Shown in pieces: positions 1 through 13,596 of a stretch of DNA of 64,000 bases (position 1 is its first letter; the number at the start of each line of letters is the position of its first letter). The notes under the pieces were generated by a model, which saw only the letters and a list, made by a program, of their open reading frames with translations, was not told the origin of the DNA and ran no database searches. The position numbers were made by a program, and so were the translations under genes. The stretch is taken from the NCBI GenBank assembly GCA_964016885.1, contig OZ024746.1, forward strand, positions 14,694,001-14,758,000. The letters run 5' to 3'. The DNA is from Eledone cirrhosa. Taxonomy: Eukaryota.

Positions 1-862
1 ATTTATGCACACTGCTATTACACATCCATCAGAGCATGCTCACCTCATTTCTCTTCAATCAACACAGATCCCCTACATTCAAGGCCCAAGTTCCACTTCC
101 TTACAGCATCCCAATTCTCACACAGGTATTATAAAATCTGTCTTTTGTCCTGGGGGGAGAGACCCTATATATATATATATAGATAGATAGATAACTGGTG
201 AACCTACAGTAACTGGACGTTACAATCCTAATCTTTCATCAGAAAGGAAAACAGAAAGAGAGAATTGTTTTGGAGAAAGAAGAAAAAGGAAGGTAAATGA
301 AAAAATAAGAGAGAAAAAAGCATGCAAAATCATTTGTCAGCTATTTAAGAAGAAAGAACTAGATGGAAGCTGATAAGACTTAGGCCATGGAGAAGATAAG
401 AAGAAAAAGTGTCATATGTGAAAATATATATGTGTGTGTGTCTGTTGGTCAGTTGAGTGAAGGTATATGATATGTCTTGGATCGTGATATTTTTTAGTAA
501 GTTTGAGAGTGAGTATATGTTCATGTATGCGTGTGTGTGTTTATGTGTGTGTTTGTGCCTGCATGTGTGTGTGTGTGTGTGTGTGCAAATGAGTTTTGGT
601 CAGTTGTGTGAAGTCATTATGTGTATGTTGAGGCATGACATTATTTGGAAAAGTTAGTGTGTAACTATGCATGCATACACATACATGCAAACACACACAT
701 CATCATCATCACAGCTTAACATCTATTTTCCATGCTTGCATGGATTAGACATGTTGTCATATACTGAGGCTGAACAGGTCTTGCTTATACACTCCGTTTC
801 TACAGCTGGATGCCTTCCCTAATGCCAACCATTTTACAGCAAGTACTGGGAACATTTTAACA

Positions 863-903
<41 letters not shown>

Positions 904-1088
904 TATATACATATATATGTATTAATTAAATTATTTGTCTCTAATACTTAGCCATCTCAATAAATGGATAAAATATAACTCAGAGAAGAAATTTAACATA
1001 TAAAACTTATGCCAAAATCTCAATTTAGGGGAGTATAAGTCAGACCGACTAAAACAATGAAGTATAAGTCAACAGGTTAGAATTATAC

Positions 1089-1155
1089 AATTGCTGTTAT
1101 ATATATTTCGATGTTAACTTTTATGCAACAGTTACGACCTCATCAGACAGCTATT
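1089..1155 (-). ncRNA. Type I hammerhead ribozyme
   Basis: Minus strand reads GCTGT-CTGATGA-GGT..TAACT..AGTTA..ATC-GAAA-TATATA-TA-ACAGC: stems I/II/III, complete core, AUA cleavage triplet. Confidence 0.75.
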
Positions 1156-1929
1156 AGTTGAATAGAAATAACGAAAAAGAAATAAAAAATAAAAATTACT
1201 CATGCTGTTTCAATTCATTGATATGTCCCAGGCTGATCATTGATGTTGCTTTCTCAAAGCACCGGTGACATGATTTAGAATAAACAGACTCACAGCATCA
1301 ACACAAAGGGTATACAAGGCCCCTAGTTTTTGGTCAGAGATAATTCCTCGACAATATAACCCAGACATTGTGAATTCCTCAATGGTGCCATGGTCTGAGA
1401 TTGGCTGTCCACTTGTACAGGAATCAGGTCATTTACAGATACTTTAGCAGTAGGAGTTAACCTTAGAAATTGGTTGCTGTGGCAGATGGATTTATCTACA
1501 ACAATAACAACCCATGCTTTATTGATGACGATACCTCAGTTAAATGGGGGGGGGGGGGGGGTAATGGTATTTGGCATCAGTGACCATAGTGGCAGTAATG
1601 ATAATATAATATAACTACTCTAGCCAGTATATACTACAATACAATTAAGTGAAAATTAGTGTTGGCATGTAGAAAATAAAATTAAATTAAATTAAAGTTG
1701 AAGATATATGACTAATAAATAAGTAAAGAATATATCATAAGTGAAAAGTAAGAGTAAATGGTAAACAAGTAGAAACAAAAAGAACAATAAATGAGATGTG
1801 CTAAAAGTACCAAGATTAGACTATGCCAATGCCTAATATATATCACAAAATTGATGATCGTACAGAGATATAAAATATTCTAAAAACAGAGACAAGTAGA
1901 TGTGTGATGTATACAGATTTACGAAATGC

Positions 1930-2860
1930 CCATCATCAGTGCTGCCAACAAAACCTTCAAAAACAGGAAATCTCTTGAGCCAAACAACATTCCAGCACAT
2001 ATCTCGAAAGAAAGGGGTCACCTCTGCACAAGAACGCTTCACCACAGAAGTATGAAACTAGGAGTATATACCCCAACAATGGAAGGATGCCAACATCGTT
2101 ACCATATACAAGAACAGGGGAGATAAATCTGCTTGTTCAAACAGTAGGAGTATAGCCCTTCTTATCCACTGCCAACAAAATCCTGGCCAAGGACATGCTT
2201 AAAAGACTGGTCAAATCAATATCAGAGAGCCACATGCCAGAGTTGTAGTGTGGCTTTCACACTTGATTTTTGTTACAGGACAGCTTCAGAGAAAATGTAG
2301 GAAGCAACATCGGGGCCTGTTTTATAGCATTTGTGGTCCTATTAAAGGCTTTTGACAAAATAAACCAAGAACTTCTGTGGGATGTTCTCAGAAAATTTGG
2401 TTGCCCTCATAAATTTGTGAATCTCCTACACCAGTTTCACATAGGTATGATGGCCCAAATTGTTACTGGGGAGTTGAAATCTGAGAGCTTTAGAAAGAAG
2501 GTCTGTCTAAACAACTATCCCAAGCTTCATAAGGTTCTTGTCTACCAAGCAGTCTATGTCTCCACTCTCTTGTATGGGTGTGATACATGAACCATATACA
2601 TTAAAGAGGAGTAACATCAATGCTTCAGGAAAGCAAGACATCACTACCAACCATTCACATTGGTGTTCTCACTGTTGGAAGGGGGTTGATTACATAGAGG
2701 AGAAATGCATTCAACACTACAAAGAGAAGCAAGCAATAAGGCATGCAAGCAAACTGACACCTTGCTTCTCCAACCAAATATTCATACACCCTATCTGTGG
2801 CCAAAGCTGCACATCAAGGATTGGGATGTATAGTCATCAAAGGACCCACAGCTGAATTTT
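1930..2860 (+). mobile_element. Decayed RTE (BovB-like) LINE, RT fragment and C-terminal C2H2 knuckle
   Basis: FIAFVVLLKAFDKINQELLWDVLRKFGCP and CGQSCTSRIGMYSHQRTH in broken frames. Confidence 0.85.
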
Positions 2861-3198
2861 GATAGGCAAATACAAGCATTATATATTTGTGTGTTTGTAT
2901 TGGTTGAGTGTATTTTCTGCATTTGAGATTCCTACATTTTCTAAATAATTTCAAATTACACAGCACTTCAATAGTTTGAATAAAATGTTATATATATTTA
3001 TGTTATGTCTTATTATAAATATATTAATCCAAATATAGATGCAAAACACAGAGTTTATGATTGCAGTTGGTTATAAGTTATTCTATAAATTCCAAACATT
3101 AGTGTATGAAACAGCAAACTGTGTGATTGGGTCTGGGTGCAGATATATGGTCATATAAATATATGTAAAAACACACACAAATAAATATATATATATAT

Positions 3199-5080
3199 CA
3201 TCATCATCATCATCATCATCATCACCGTTTTACGTCCGTTCTTCCATGCTAGCATGGGTTAGACGGGTTGTCCTGTTGCGGGCAGTGTCTGGTCGGCTGA
3301 CCATGCCTTGCTCATACAGGAACTGATTTTGGCTTGATTTCTACAGCTGGATGCCCTTCCTAACACCAACCTCATTTACAATGAGTGGTGGGTGCTTTTT
3401 TTCCGTGGCGCCTACACGTCCACTTTACAGTGTGGGCTGGGTGCTTTTTTGCCGTGGCACCTCCACGACCACTTTGCAGTGGGAGGGTGTGGGGCATATT
3501 GTCTATATGCTTCAGCTTGTACCCATGGGAGGTCGGGTACTCTGTATTACTGCATGATGCCAGAGATCACGGTCGTGTGTCATCGCCTTTGAGAGGTGTA
3601 ATTGGGTATGGTCGGCTTTGATCACCTCATCCCAGGTGTTCTTGGGTCTCCCCACTCCACGGTTTCCAATGACTTCTAGTGCTCTGCACCTTTTTATGCA
3701 GCTGTCATCCTTCATATGCATCACATGTCCATACCAACGCAACTGCCTCTCCTGCACACAGCATTTGATTCCTCTCAATTCATTTATGCTTTGCCATTCG
3801 CATATATTACTATTACACATCTATCGGAGCATGCAGGCTTCGTTTCTTTCTAATCTACGTAAGTCTTCCACCTTCAGCGCCCAGGTCTCACTACCATGTA
3901 ACATTGCTGTTCGGATACACGCATCATACAGTCTGCCTTTCATTTTGAGGGAAAAGCCTTTTGCAGCTAGCAGTGGCAGTAATTTCCTGAACTTCTTCCA
4001 TCCCGTTCTTACCCTAGTTATTGTACTTTCTAAACACCCACCTCCACTGCTAATTCAGTCACCTAGGTAGCAGAAGCTGTCTACTGTTTCTACAGAGCCC
4101 TCCCAGAGATTGGTAGTACTTATTTCCTGTGGCTGTTTGCTGCTTGCTGTCCCAGCACAGCTGCTGCATGTGAATCCTACATTCTTAATTAAGCTTCCTG
4201 AGATCCCACTACATCTCTTGTGTACCCATTGTTTGGGGCAGAGAATGGAGTTCCTACCTACACCTTTCCTACATACTGGGCAAGGCCATTTCTCTGAGGG
4301 GATCTGGGTTCTGTTTTCTAGTCTACTTACAAGGACCTTAGTCTTTGTCAGGTTGACTTTGAGACCCTTTCTTTCTAGACCCTGCTTCCAAGTTTGGAAT
4401 TTCTTCTCTAGTTCTATCATAGATTCAGCTGTAAGTGCGAGGTCATCTGCATACAGGAGTTCCCATGAGCATCCGGTCTTAAACTCCTCCGTTATTGCCT
4501 GCAGGACTATGATGAACAGGAGAGGGCTAAGAACAGAGCCCTGGTGGACACCAACCTGTATGCTAAATTCCTCGCTATACTCATTGCTAATCCTAACTTT
4601 GCTGACTGCTCCTCTATACATGGCTTGTACAGCTTTCACAAGCCATTCATCTACTCTTAGTTTTCTAAGAGCCCACCAGATTATAGCACATGGAACTCTG
4701 TCAAAGGCTTTCTCGAGATCGACGAATGCCAGGTAGAGTGGCTTACTTTTAGCTAGGTACTTTTCCTGTAACTGCCTCACAAGGAAGAGGGCATCAGTGG
4801 TGCCTCTTCCTGGTACAAACCCAAATTGCATCTCATCTAGTTTCACCCGGTCCCCAATCAACTGTGCTATAACTCTTTCCGTTACTTTCATGACCTGGTC
4901 CATCAGCTTTATACCTCTATAGTTTCCTCTATCTAGTGCATCACCTTTACCTTTGTAGCAGTTGACAATGATGCTACTGCACCAATCTTTTGGTTTCTGG
5001 TCCTCATATTGAAAAACATGCTTGAATTTTCTATCCTCTGCTTCCCTCCTAGCTAAGTATACTTGTCGCCTAGCTTCCCT
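3199..5080 (-). mobile_element. Young 5'-truncated RTE LINE with long 3'UTR and (GAT)n tail
   Basis: 282-aa ORF with QFGF, FVDLEKAFDRV, GVHQGSVLSP, YADD, WVHKRC, FCYLGD; LRWYGHV and GRPKNTW downstream; tail at 3199-3260. Confidence 0.95.
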
Positions 5081-5879
5081 ATATATATATATTAAATCTA
5101 ACAGCCATCAATATCTCTTCTCAGATTGCTCTCTAAGCCCTTCCCTATGGATTCCCTTGATAATGGATGGTAAATCTGAAAGTGCTTGGGATCAATAAAA
5201 TTGCTAAGGTAAAATTCTACCATTCTAACTCATTTCTCAGTCCTTTTATCCCATTTTCTCTAATTCCTATTACCTTAGCACTTATAATCTCACACACCAT
5301 GTCAGGCTTCCAAACTTATTTCCATGTTAAATTTGTATTTCTTATTCCACAATGATTCAAGCAAACTACAACACTTTGTTATATATATATACACATGCTA
5401 ATAAAAACATAGATACATATACATATATATATATGAAGCTGCAAGCATTTTAAGGCCATTTTCCCTGCTAAAGTAACAGTTAGTATTATGTGTCCAATGA
5501 AAGGCTTCATACTCATCATGAGATCCTTTTTGAGGCAATGTTTTACAGTCACATGTCCTTCCTTTTAGTCTCCTCTTACAACATGCAGGATACACAGAGT
5601 ACATACATACAGACACACATATATATGCATATAATGCGGGTGTATGTGTGTATATGGGGGTGTATATACACACACACACACATGTTGTGGTCGTTAGAAG
5701 TAGAAATGCTACCAATTCAATATAAAATATGTGCATAATGAAAACAACTTAAGGAAACATATGTGTTCAACAAATGTTCCTGAATATTATTTCCAAATAA
5801 TAGATAGGGGTAATTAATTTTTTTAATGTGAAAGAAAACTCGCATCCTTTTAGTGCCTGAATAAAACAAATGTACTTGC

Positions 5880-5918
5880 CGCCATCAGAGTATAACCATA
5901 ATCACTTTTAGAGCGCAT
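5880..5918 (-). CDS. WDR37: Candidate 39-nt WDR37 microexon (MRSKSDYGYTLMA) with GC donor
   Basis: Strong acceptor TTTTTTATTTCAG, phase 0/0, no stop, donor G|GCAAGT; sits in a TE-free island. Confidence 0.45.
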
Positions 5919-6093
5919 CTGAAATAAAAAAGAATATTCAGATTCTAGCTATATGGTGTTAGAATAAGCTAACATATGGATTATGATTTATTCAATATAT
6001 GGAGGATAATATGTTATTTTGCCTAAAATTTTGATAAACAAATCTATTTTATAAAACTAAAAAAATAATAGATTAAGTAATAAATAAATACTT

Positions 6094-6177
<84 letters not shown>

Positions 6178-6269
6178 TGGGGTATGCATGTAGACCATAT
6201 ACACACATATATATAAATATAATAATCCAACCGATGCAAGATAGAAAAGGCGAATGTAAAATGATGATG

Positions 6270-7630
6270 ATATGGACCAAGTTATGAAAGTGACGGCAAG
6301 AGTTCTAGCACAGCTAATTAGGGAAAGAATCAAATTCGACAAGATGCAGTTCAGTTTCATGCCTGGGAAAGCTACTACAAATGCCTTCTTCATAGTGAGA
6401 TAACTACAAGAGAAGTTCCGAGTCAAGAATAAGCCACTATATTTAGCTTTTGTTGGGCTAGAAAAGGCCTTTGAGTCCCTCGATCTGTTATCTGGTGGTC
6501 CTTAAGAAAATTAGGTCCAGAAGAATGGCTTGTAAGAGCAGCGCAAGCTATGTACAGAGGAGCTGTTAGTAAAGTGAGAGTAGGAAGTGGGTTTAGTGAC
6601 GAATTCAAGGTACAGGTAGGAGTTGATTAGGGTTTGGTTGTCAGCCCACTGCTATTCATCATAGTTCTCCAGGCCATAACAGAGGAATTTAAGACTGGCT
6701 GTCCATAGAAACTTCTCTATGCGGATGATCTGGTCTTTATAACTGAATCCATAAAAGAACTTAAAAGTTCCAACAATGGAAACAGAATTTACAATCAAAA
6801 TGGCTGAGAATAAACTTAGAAAAAACTAAAATGTTGGTAAGCAGGAAAGTAGACAGGACCCTGATCCCATCAGGGAAATAACCCTGATCGATAGGCAAAA
6901 AAGGCAGAAATTTTATACAATGTACACAATGCAAAGCTTGGGTATACAAGCAGTGTAGTGGGATAGCTGTACTAGATGCACGGAGGTAAATGACAGGAAA
7001 AGCACCAGTGATAGAAACCTTTTCCAATCACATGAAGGATCCATAGAAGTGTTTCATAGCTTCTACTACCTAGATAACCTAATTAGCAGTGGAGGAGGCT
7101 GCTTCGAGAGCATAATAGCTAGAATAAGGATAGGGTGGAAGAAGTTTAGAGAGCTATTCCCACTATTTACAACAAAAGTTTTCTCCCTACGTAAAAAAGG
7201 ATGATTGTATGATGCTAATGTGCAATGCTGCATGGTAGCAAAACATGGGCAGCGACTGCAGAGGCTAGAGAGAAATGAAGCAACCCTGCTTTGTTGGATG
7301 TACAATGTAAATGTGAGAGAAAGGCAGAGCCTAGATAATCTGAGGTATAAACTGGGTTTAAGAGGAATCTGAAGTAGTGTGCAAGAGAGAAGACTGCGTT
7401 GGTACAGGCATGTGATGAGCATGGATGAAGTGCCAGGAATCCCAGTGGAAGGAAGCTGCAGTAGAGAGAAACTTGGGCAGAGGTTATGAGAGCTGACCTT
7501 CAAATCACTAAGACTGGCATAGGAGATGACGAAGGAATGCGACAAGTGGACAGATGTCATGCTGAGAAGGACCCATCCAACCCATGCAAGCGTGGAAAAA
7601 CAGACATAAAAACAAGGATGATGATAATAT
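6270..7630 (+). mobile_element. Decayed RTE LINE RT region with 3' tail
   Basis: Collinear with the 3199-5080 element (YADD codons near 6718); ends CCCATGCAAGCGTGGAAAA...GATGATGAT. Confidence 0.92.
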
Positions 7631-7714
7631 AAGATATATGTGTGTGTGTGTGTGTGTGTGTAGAATATATATAGAACAGATTATACAGAATGCATGCATA
7701 CACACACACACACA

Positions 7715-7970
7715 CATGTGCTGGAGTAGTCAATAGAAAGGATACTCAAGAGATAAACTCTCTCAGATATTCAGAAGGTTCACTGGAAATGTTAAAAAGC
7801 TTTTGTTATCTAGGAGATCTCATTAATAGTGGAGGTGGATGTACTGAAAGTATTACAGCCAGAGTGAGAATAGGATGGAAGGAGATCAAGGAGCTATTAT
7901 TGCTGCTGGCAACAAAGGGTTTCTTTCTCAAAAAGAAGGATAGGCTGTATGATGCATGCAAACTGTAATA
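7715..7970 (+). mobile_element. RTE LINE fragment
   Basis: SFCYLGDLINSGGGCTESITARVRIGWK. Confidence 0.88.
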
Positions 7971-9659
7971 CAAAAGGAGATGATAATGGACAACAAGAAC
8001 TGGCAACATGCTGATGAAGAATCACCTACCAACATAAAATGTGACCTGACCCAACCACATGACCCACTCTACTATCAACCCTTAGTAGCTATACTCCCAT
8101 CTGTGTTCATCCCCACCACATTCATGTTCCACCTTCACTATTACCCCCACAAAACCCCACCACACTCATCATACATGTATGGCATCATACACATCATCCC
8201 CCTACAGTAAGGAGAGATATACTGTTGAATTAATTACCAATACCCTTTCTAGTGTTGGTATGAAGAAAAATGCACCCAGTACACCCTATAAGGTGATCAG
8301 TGACAGAAGAGGTATCCTGCTGTAGAAACCATGCTAAAAAAGAATTGAGAGGACTCTCTAGTTGTGACAAGGACACAACAACCTCTCTGGTGTTGATAAG
8401 CTACACAATAGAGATATAACAACCTTCTTAGTGTTGGTGTCATGATAAAATACACTCAGTAAAGTGTGAAATCCTATGTAAGCACGATGCAGGTCTCCAG
8501 CCCATCCAAGAGGTCAGTAGTTCTGCTTGATTGAATACAGACCCAGTCTGTTCACAAGCTGTCTAACTCTTGCTAGCAGGAAAAGCAGACGTTAAGATGA
8601 TTATATATGTATATATATATATATATCATCTTAACATATATATACATATGTGGGGAGGGGTATGTATGTATGTGTGAGTAACATAATAATGAAGTAGTTG
8701 AAGAGCTATATAATTACATAACAATATTACACATTAAACTGGCTGCCATCTGGTTTCACACATGAATAGATCAATTTATTTGAGATAATATATCGTCTTA
8801 TCCGTTCAGTATTCATCAGGCATTTATATTTAGATATAGCTGATTCAAGAAAATAGAGAGGTAAAATATCAGACGAAATTTGAATAATCAGTTGACAAAA
8901 ATAGATAGATAAATCTAGAACGATAAATTATTTTATGGCTTATAAGTTACCTCCCCTGATGTATTTTATTAACATGTACACATACTTATGCATACATAAA
9001 CAAATATGCATCGACACATACTAATGCAAACATATACATACACACGTATGATGATGACACACACATACATACATGAAAAAAAAAACATATATACTCATGT
9101 ACCCATGTACTCATGTACCTACATGCAAAATTGCAAAATCAAAATGAGTTCAGCCAAATTTAGGGAAATGTCTGTAGGGCTTCATTCTCTCCCTTTTAGA
9201 GGTTTCATTTGTGTTTAGTGTACTAATGAAGAAGTTAGAAACGATATCAATACAGGTATCTAAATATTCATCTCTCCCTTTATTCAGGGTGAAATTGAAT
9301 TGATTTCTGACAATGGAATCATCTTCATAAAATATTCTCTCAAGCAGAGATGTTAATTGAAGCTTTGAATATTCAATTTTAGTTCCATATATTTTTAGAC
9401 TTTCACTTGATTTGTTCATATTTTTCTGTTGTGGTTTTGTTTTCATTATGAAGTTTTCTTCATAATTTTGTTCGTAGTTGTCAAATCAATGTTGTTTTCT
9501 TGCTCACAATTTTGTAAATTTATGTTCTTTGAGTTGTGTATCTTGTTTCAATAATTGTTGAAGTTTTTTCCAGAAATTAACTATTACTTCATTCAGAAAA
9601 TTTGGTAAGCACATCTATTGTTTTGAAGCAATTCAGATAGAAAACTGAAACAGGAAATC

Positions 9660-10050
9660 ATGAGTATGAACCCCTCAAACAGGGCAGGAAAGCCCCACAA
9701 AATATCTCTATTTCAATTGCAGGAATCAAATACCAAACCACCCATCCACCAAAACTCTTCTTTTTCTTTTGAGTTTGAAAACTTCAGGGCTGACACCATC
9801 AATGTTGGCACAATAAAAGGTAGTTCAGGTAACATTGTAGAGATGCTTGGGTGAAAACAAGCAAATGTGTTGTGTACAAGAGACAAGATACTGAGGTGTC
9901 TCAACCAGACGTCTCATGGGCAAAAAATATTGCTACAAATGTTTCTGGTAAGTAACAATCATAGGGTGGGTGGAGTTGAAATATTGTTAGCAAAGAAATA
10001 GCTAGACAAACTAATTGAAGTAGTCAAAATAAGTGATATAATCATTAAGT
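9660..10050 (+). mobile_element. RTE AP-endonuclease N-terminal fragment
   Basis: FRADTINVGTIKGSSGNIVEML then LCTQE-like and GVGGVEILL motifs. Confidence 0.7.
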
Positions 10051-10189
10051 AACTACTATAGATCATCACTCTCCCCCACCAACCAATACTAACCACCACT
10101 GACCATTATATACCACTACTGACCAATGCTGACCATCAAAGACAACTACTGACTATTATTGACCACTAAACTCGCCACTATATTCATTG

Positions 10190-10450
10190 TTAACTTTGCA
10201 GACTAAATCTTTGCATATGACTTGTACAGCCTTCACAGGCCATTCCTCTACCCCTAGTTTCATAAGAGCCCACCAGATTATAGAGTGGGGCACTTTGTTA
10301 AATGCTTTCCCCAGGTCAATGAATACTAGGTAAAGATCTTACTCTTAGCTTGGTACCTCTTTTGCAGCTGTCCCATAAGGAAGCAGGCATCAGTGGTATA
10401 TCTGCCTGGCATAAAGCCAAACTACATCTCATCTAGATTAATTCTATCTA
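10190..10450 (-). mobile_element. RTE LINE RT fragment
   Basis: Homologous to 4590-4850. Confidence 0.8.
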
Positions 10451-10607
10451 AGAAAGCAAATTTGGGTGGTGGTGGCATAAACTGTCGTTGTGTCCTAGAC
10501 GATAGCCAACAAATCCAAAATATCTAAATCAATTGTTGAAAATCATTTGCAGAAATAGTCTTTAAGACCGGATAGAAAAACCATGCATTCAAATAGAAAT
10601 GCCTTAT

Positions 10608-10635
<28 letters not shown>

Positions 10636-10641
<6 letters not shown>

Positions 10642-10872
10642 ATTAGAAAGTGAACAACACAAAATAAAACTAATCCAATACCAAACGGTTTCTGGATCCC
10701 AGACAATAATAATATATGTCTGGATCGGTCGTCATACAGAGATGTTATATCCCTTATAACATCTCTGTATGACGACCGATCCAGACGTATATTATTATTG
10801 TCTAGGATCCAGAAACCTTTGGTAATGGATTAGTTATATTTTGTTATGTGTTGTTCACTTTCTAATTAAATA
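10636..10872. repeat. Long inverted repeat (~115-bp arms, 5-nt loop TCCCT)
   Basis: 10636-10749 pairs with 10755-10872 with few mismatches. Confidence 0.95.
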
Positions 10873-11428
10873 GCTCTGTTCTATACATAGAGCACTCTTT
10901 TTTCCTTTGCTTTTCCTTCAGAATTACCGAACACACACACACACACATATATGTCTGTCTGTCTGTCTGTCTGTCTGAATGAGTTACTCCCCTTCCACGA
11001 ATTCAATTAAATAAATATTGGACAAAGTATTAAATTGATAAAATTGAATTTAAAAAATATTGAAGGCAATTCTCTGAGACAGCTGCAGTTCAATGATTGA
11101 ACCAAGTACATGAATAAAGAAGACCATCAATATTCAACCTATTAATGATGATAATGATAATCAAAATCAGGATTATATTTTCTGTTGATATTTTTATGTA
11201 GATTCAAATGGAATGGAATTTTGTTTTTGTTTTTTCCTTTTTACATGCCATCATTGAGTGGAATTTATTCTTTTATTGCACAAAATATCAATTATTATAG
11301 CAAAAAATATTTTTTGTTATCTATACCACATGAAAACTGTTCTTCATTTGTATAAAATAGAACCTGCAAGGTAAAAATACATTAATTTTAAATATTAATA
11401 AAAATAAATAGTAACTCATGGTACTAAC

Positions 11429-11613
11429 CATAAATTCCAAATGGGACGGTAAAGTAAACTGCATTTTCCATATATGTGCAGTTCTGTCTCCAGAGGCTGT
11501 TACGGCCAAATCTTGATTAGGATGGAATCGAATTGAGTTAACTGAGCCTTGGTGGCCAATATACTGCTGTAAAGCAACACCTGATTCAATGCACCAAATA
11601 CGAGCTGTGTGAT
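11429..11613 (-). CDS. WDR37: WDR37 coding exon 5 ([12 protein letters not shown]...[13 protein letters not shown]...[11 protein letters not shown]); gene continues beyond left edge
   Basis: TTTTAG acceptor, GTTAGT donor; WD40 repeats matching WDR37; lies in ORF 11321..11623. Confidence 0.96.
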
Positions 11614-12594
11614 CTAAAATCAATTAAGAATTATAATAAAATTTCTTAGAATTTTCTATAAGGAGGAAAATTGTTTATCTCTAAATAATCCATTTTAAAC
11701 AGAGCGGCATTCTGAAATGAAATTTTATGCTGTGTAAGTTTGATAAAATGGTATATATGCAACATTTTATGTTTCTAAAAAAATTATTTATCTTATGCTT
11801 ATTATATAGGCAAAAAAGGCAAAACACAACAAAGTAAAAGTGTATGAAATATGTATATAGGTAGAGAGGCCCATTCAAAAAATATATAACAATCTCCATC
11901 TAATGCCAACTTAGACTGGCGATGGACCAGTGAGCTATTTTGGGAGGTGTGAGATGGATGCACAATGGTTGCATATCTTAAGACCACAAAGATGATCCAA
12001 AAGGAAGCAAATGTTAACTATTGGCAACTAGAACTTACAACCCTTACAAATAAGGAGCAGGAACTAGTGGAGAAGGCCAGATGTTACCAATGAGATATAG
12101 TCGGGTTTTATTCAACAAAGTTCCATGGCTCTGGACTCAACGCATTGCCCAATCCAGGAATTGAACTCACAACCTCACAATTGTGAATCCAACACTCTAA
12201 CCACAAAGCCACATGCCATCACTGGCAGTATGTTCATAGCCATGAATAAGAAACCTGTTAACATTCAATGGCTAAACTATCATAATTAAAACACAGTGTA
12301 AATGTATTAAAATATGTTTCATCTCCAAAGATTTATAGTCTATAAATGAACTACATATGCAATGGAAATTACATTGTTTCATCATCAACATCATGTTGAT
12401 ATATATTACCAGAATAATATGATACTAGAGTCCCAGGAAGCTAATGATGGACTGCAGCAACGAAACTCAATTAATACTCAATTGATAAAATTAAATAAAT
12501 TTGTTTGCTGTGTGTAGATGTGTAGTGTTAAGTTCTTTGAAGAAATGAGAAGCATGTTAAATAACTGTAACTATCAATTAACTAATTATCTTAC

Positions 12595-12780
12595 CTGCAG
12601 ATGCCGTGCCTAAAACAGGATGTCCAGCTTTTGACACACTAACTTCCCACACTCCATCTCGATGCCCAGAATACTCTCTCACTAAATTGTATGCAGTAGG
12701 AGCTGTCCGAAAACTGGATACTATTTTACTAGTTGAAACTTTATAGGTCGACTTGATCTTCTGCGAAATTTGGCTTGCAG
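12595..12780 (-). CDS. WDR37: WDR37 coding exon 4 ([24 protein letters not shown]...[13 protein letters not shown]...LGTASA)
   Basis: TTATTCAG acceptor, GTAAG donor; close to WDR37 [19 protein letters not shown] and first WD40 GHRDGIW. Confidence 0.96.
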
Positions 12781-12816
12781 CTGAATAAGAAAAGTTTCCA
12801 AATTACTAAATAAATA

Positions 12817-12854
<38 letters not shown>

Positions 12855-13021
12855 AAGAAATTAATTTCTTCTTTATATATACTCCAGTTCTACCAACTGT
12901 TGAGTGCTACTTATCTGATATATGCATAGTTTTATTGTTCTACAATATTACTCACTTCCTACATATATATATATATATATGTGTGTGTGTGAATGAAGTA
13001 ATTCCATCGGAAAAGTCCAGG

Positions 13022-13093
13022 AAAAAAGAGTTATATTTAAAAAGAGTTATATTTAAAAAGAGTTATATTTAAAAAAAGAGTTATATTTAAAAA
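13022..13093. repeat. Tandem repeat AAAAAGAGTTATATTTA x4
   Basis: Read directly. Confidence 0.9.
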
Positions 13094-13109
13094 TAAATAT
13101 ATTTATTTC

Positions 13110-13405
13110 TGTGTGTGAGTATGTAGAGGTGTGTGTATATATTTCTATTTTTGTGCATGCGTATGTATGCGTGTATATATATGTGTGTATGTATGTACAT
13201 GTGTATATACGTATGATTGTATGTATGTATGTATGTGTATGTATATGTGTATGTATATGTTTGTGTATGTGTATATATATGTGTGTGGTTGTATATATGT
13301 ATGTGTATGTATGGATATGTTGATATTTATGTGTGTATGTATGTATGTGTATATGTATGTGTATGTATATATATACACATATGTGTGTGTGTGTATATAT
13401 GTGTG

Positions 13406-13456
<51 letters not shown>

Positions 13457-13495
13457 ATGTATATAATTGTGTGTGTGTGTGTTTGCATGTGTGTT
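13110..13495. repeat. Compound (TG/TA)n microsatellite; similar tracts at 6098-6175, 15971-16072, 38920-39226, 40345-40510, 42513-42568, 57208-57282, and (GA)n at 32119-32172
   Basis: Read directly; source of many spurious YI/CV/HT ORFs. Confidence 0.95.
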
Positions 13496-13596
13496 TTTAT
13501 TTTATTTTTCCTTTCCTTCTTCCTTTTCCAGCCTCACTTTCATATAGATTGCATTTTTGTTTTTAAAATCCAACGTCAATAAATACACCAGGATTT

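Noticed and set aside
1294-1420. Possible further WDR37 exon before a GTGAGT donor
   Set aside because: No WDR37-like translation and no good acceptor.
4055-4903. Functional reverse transcriptase gene
   Set aside because: 5'-truncated, no endonuclease, stop at 4055; dead RTE copy.
13111-13582. Cys/Tyr/Val/His-rich ORFs here and at 6057-6280, 14932-15126, 38904-39299, 40221-40617
   Set aside because: Translations of (TA)n/(TG)n microsatellites.
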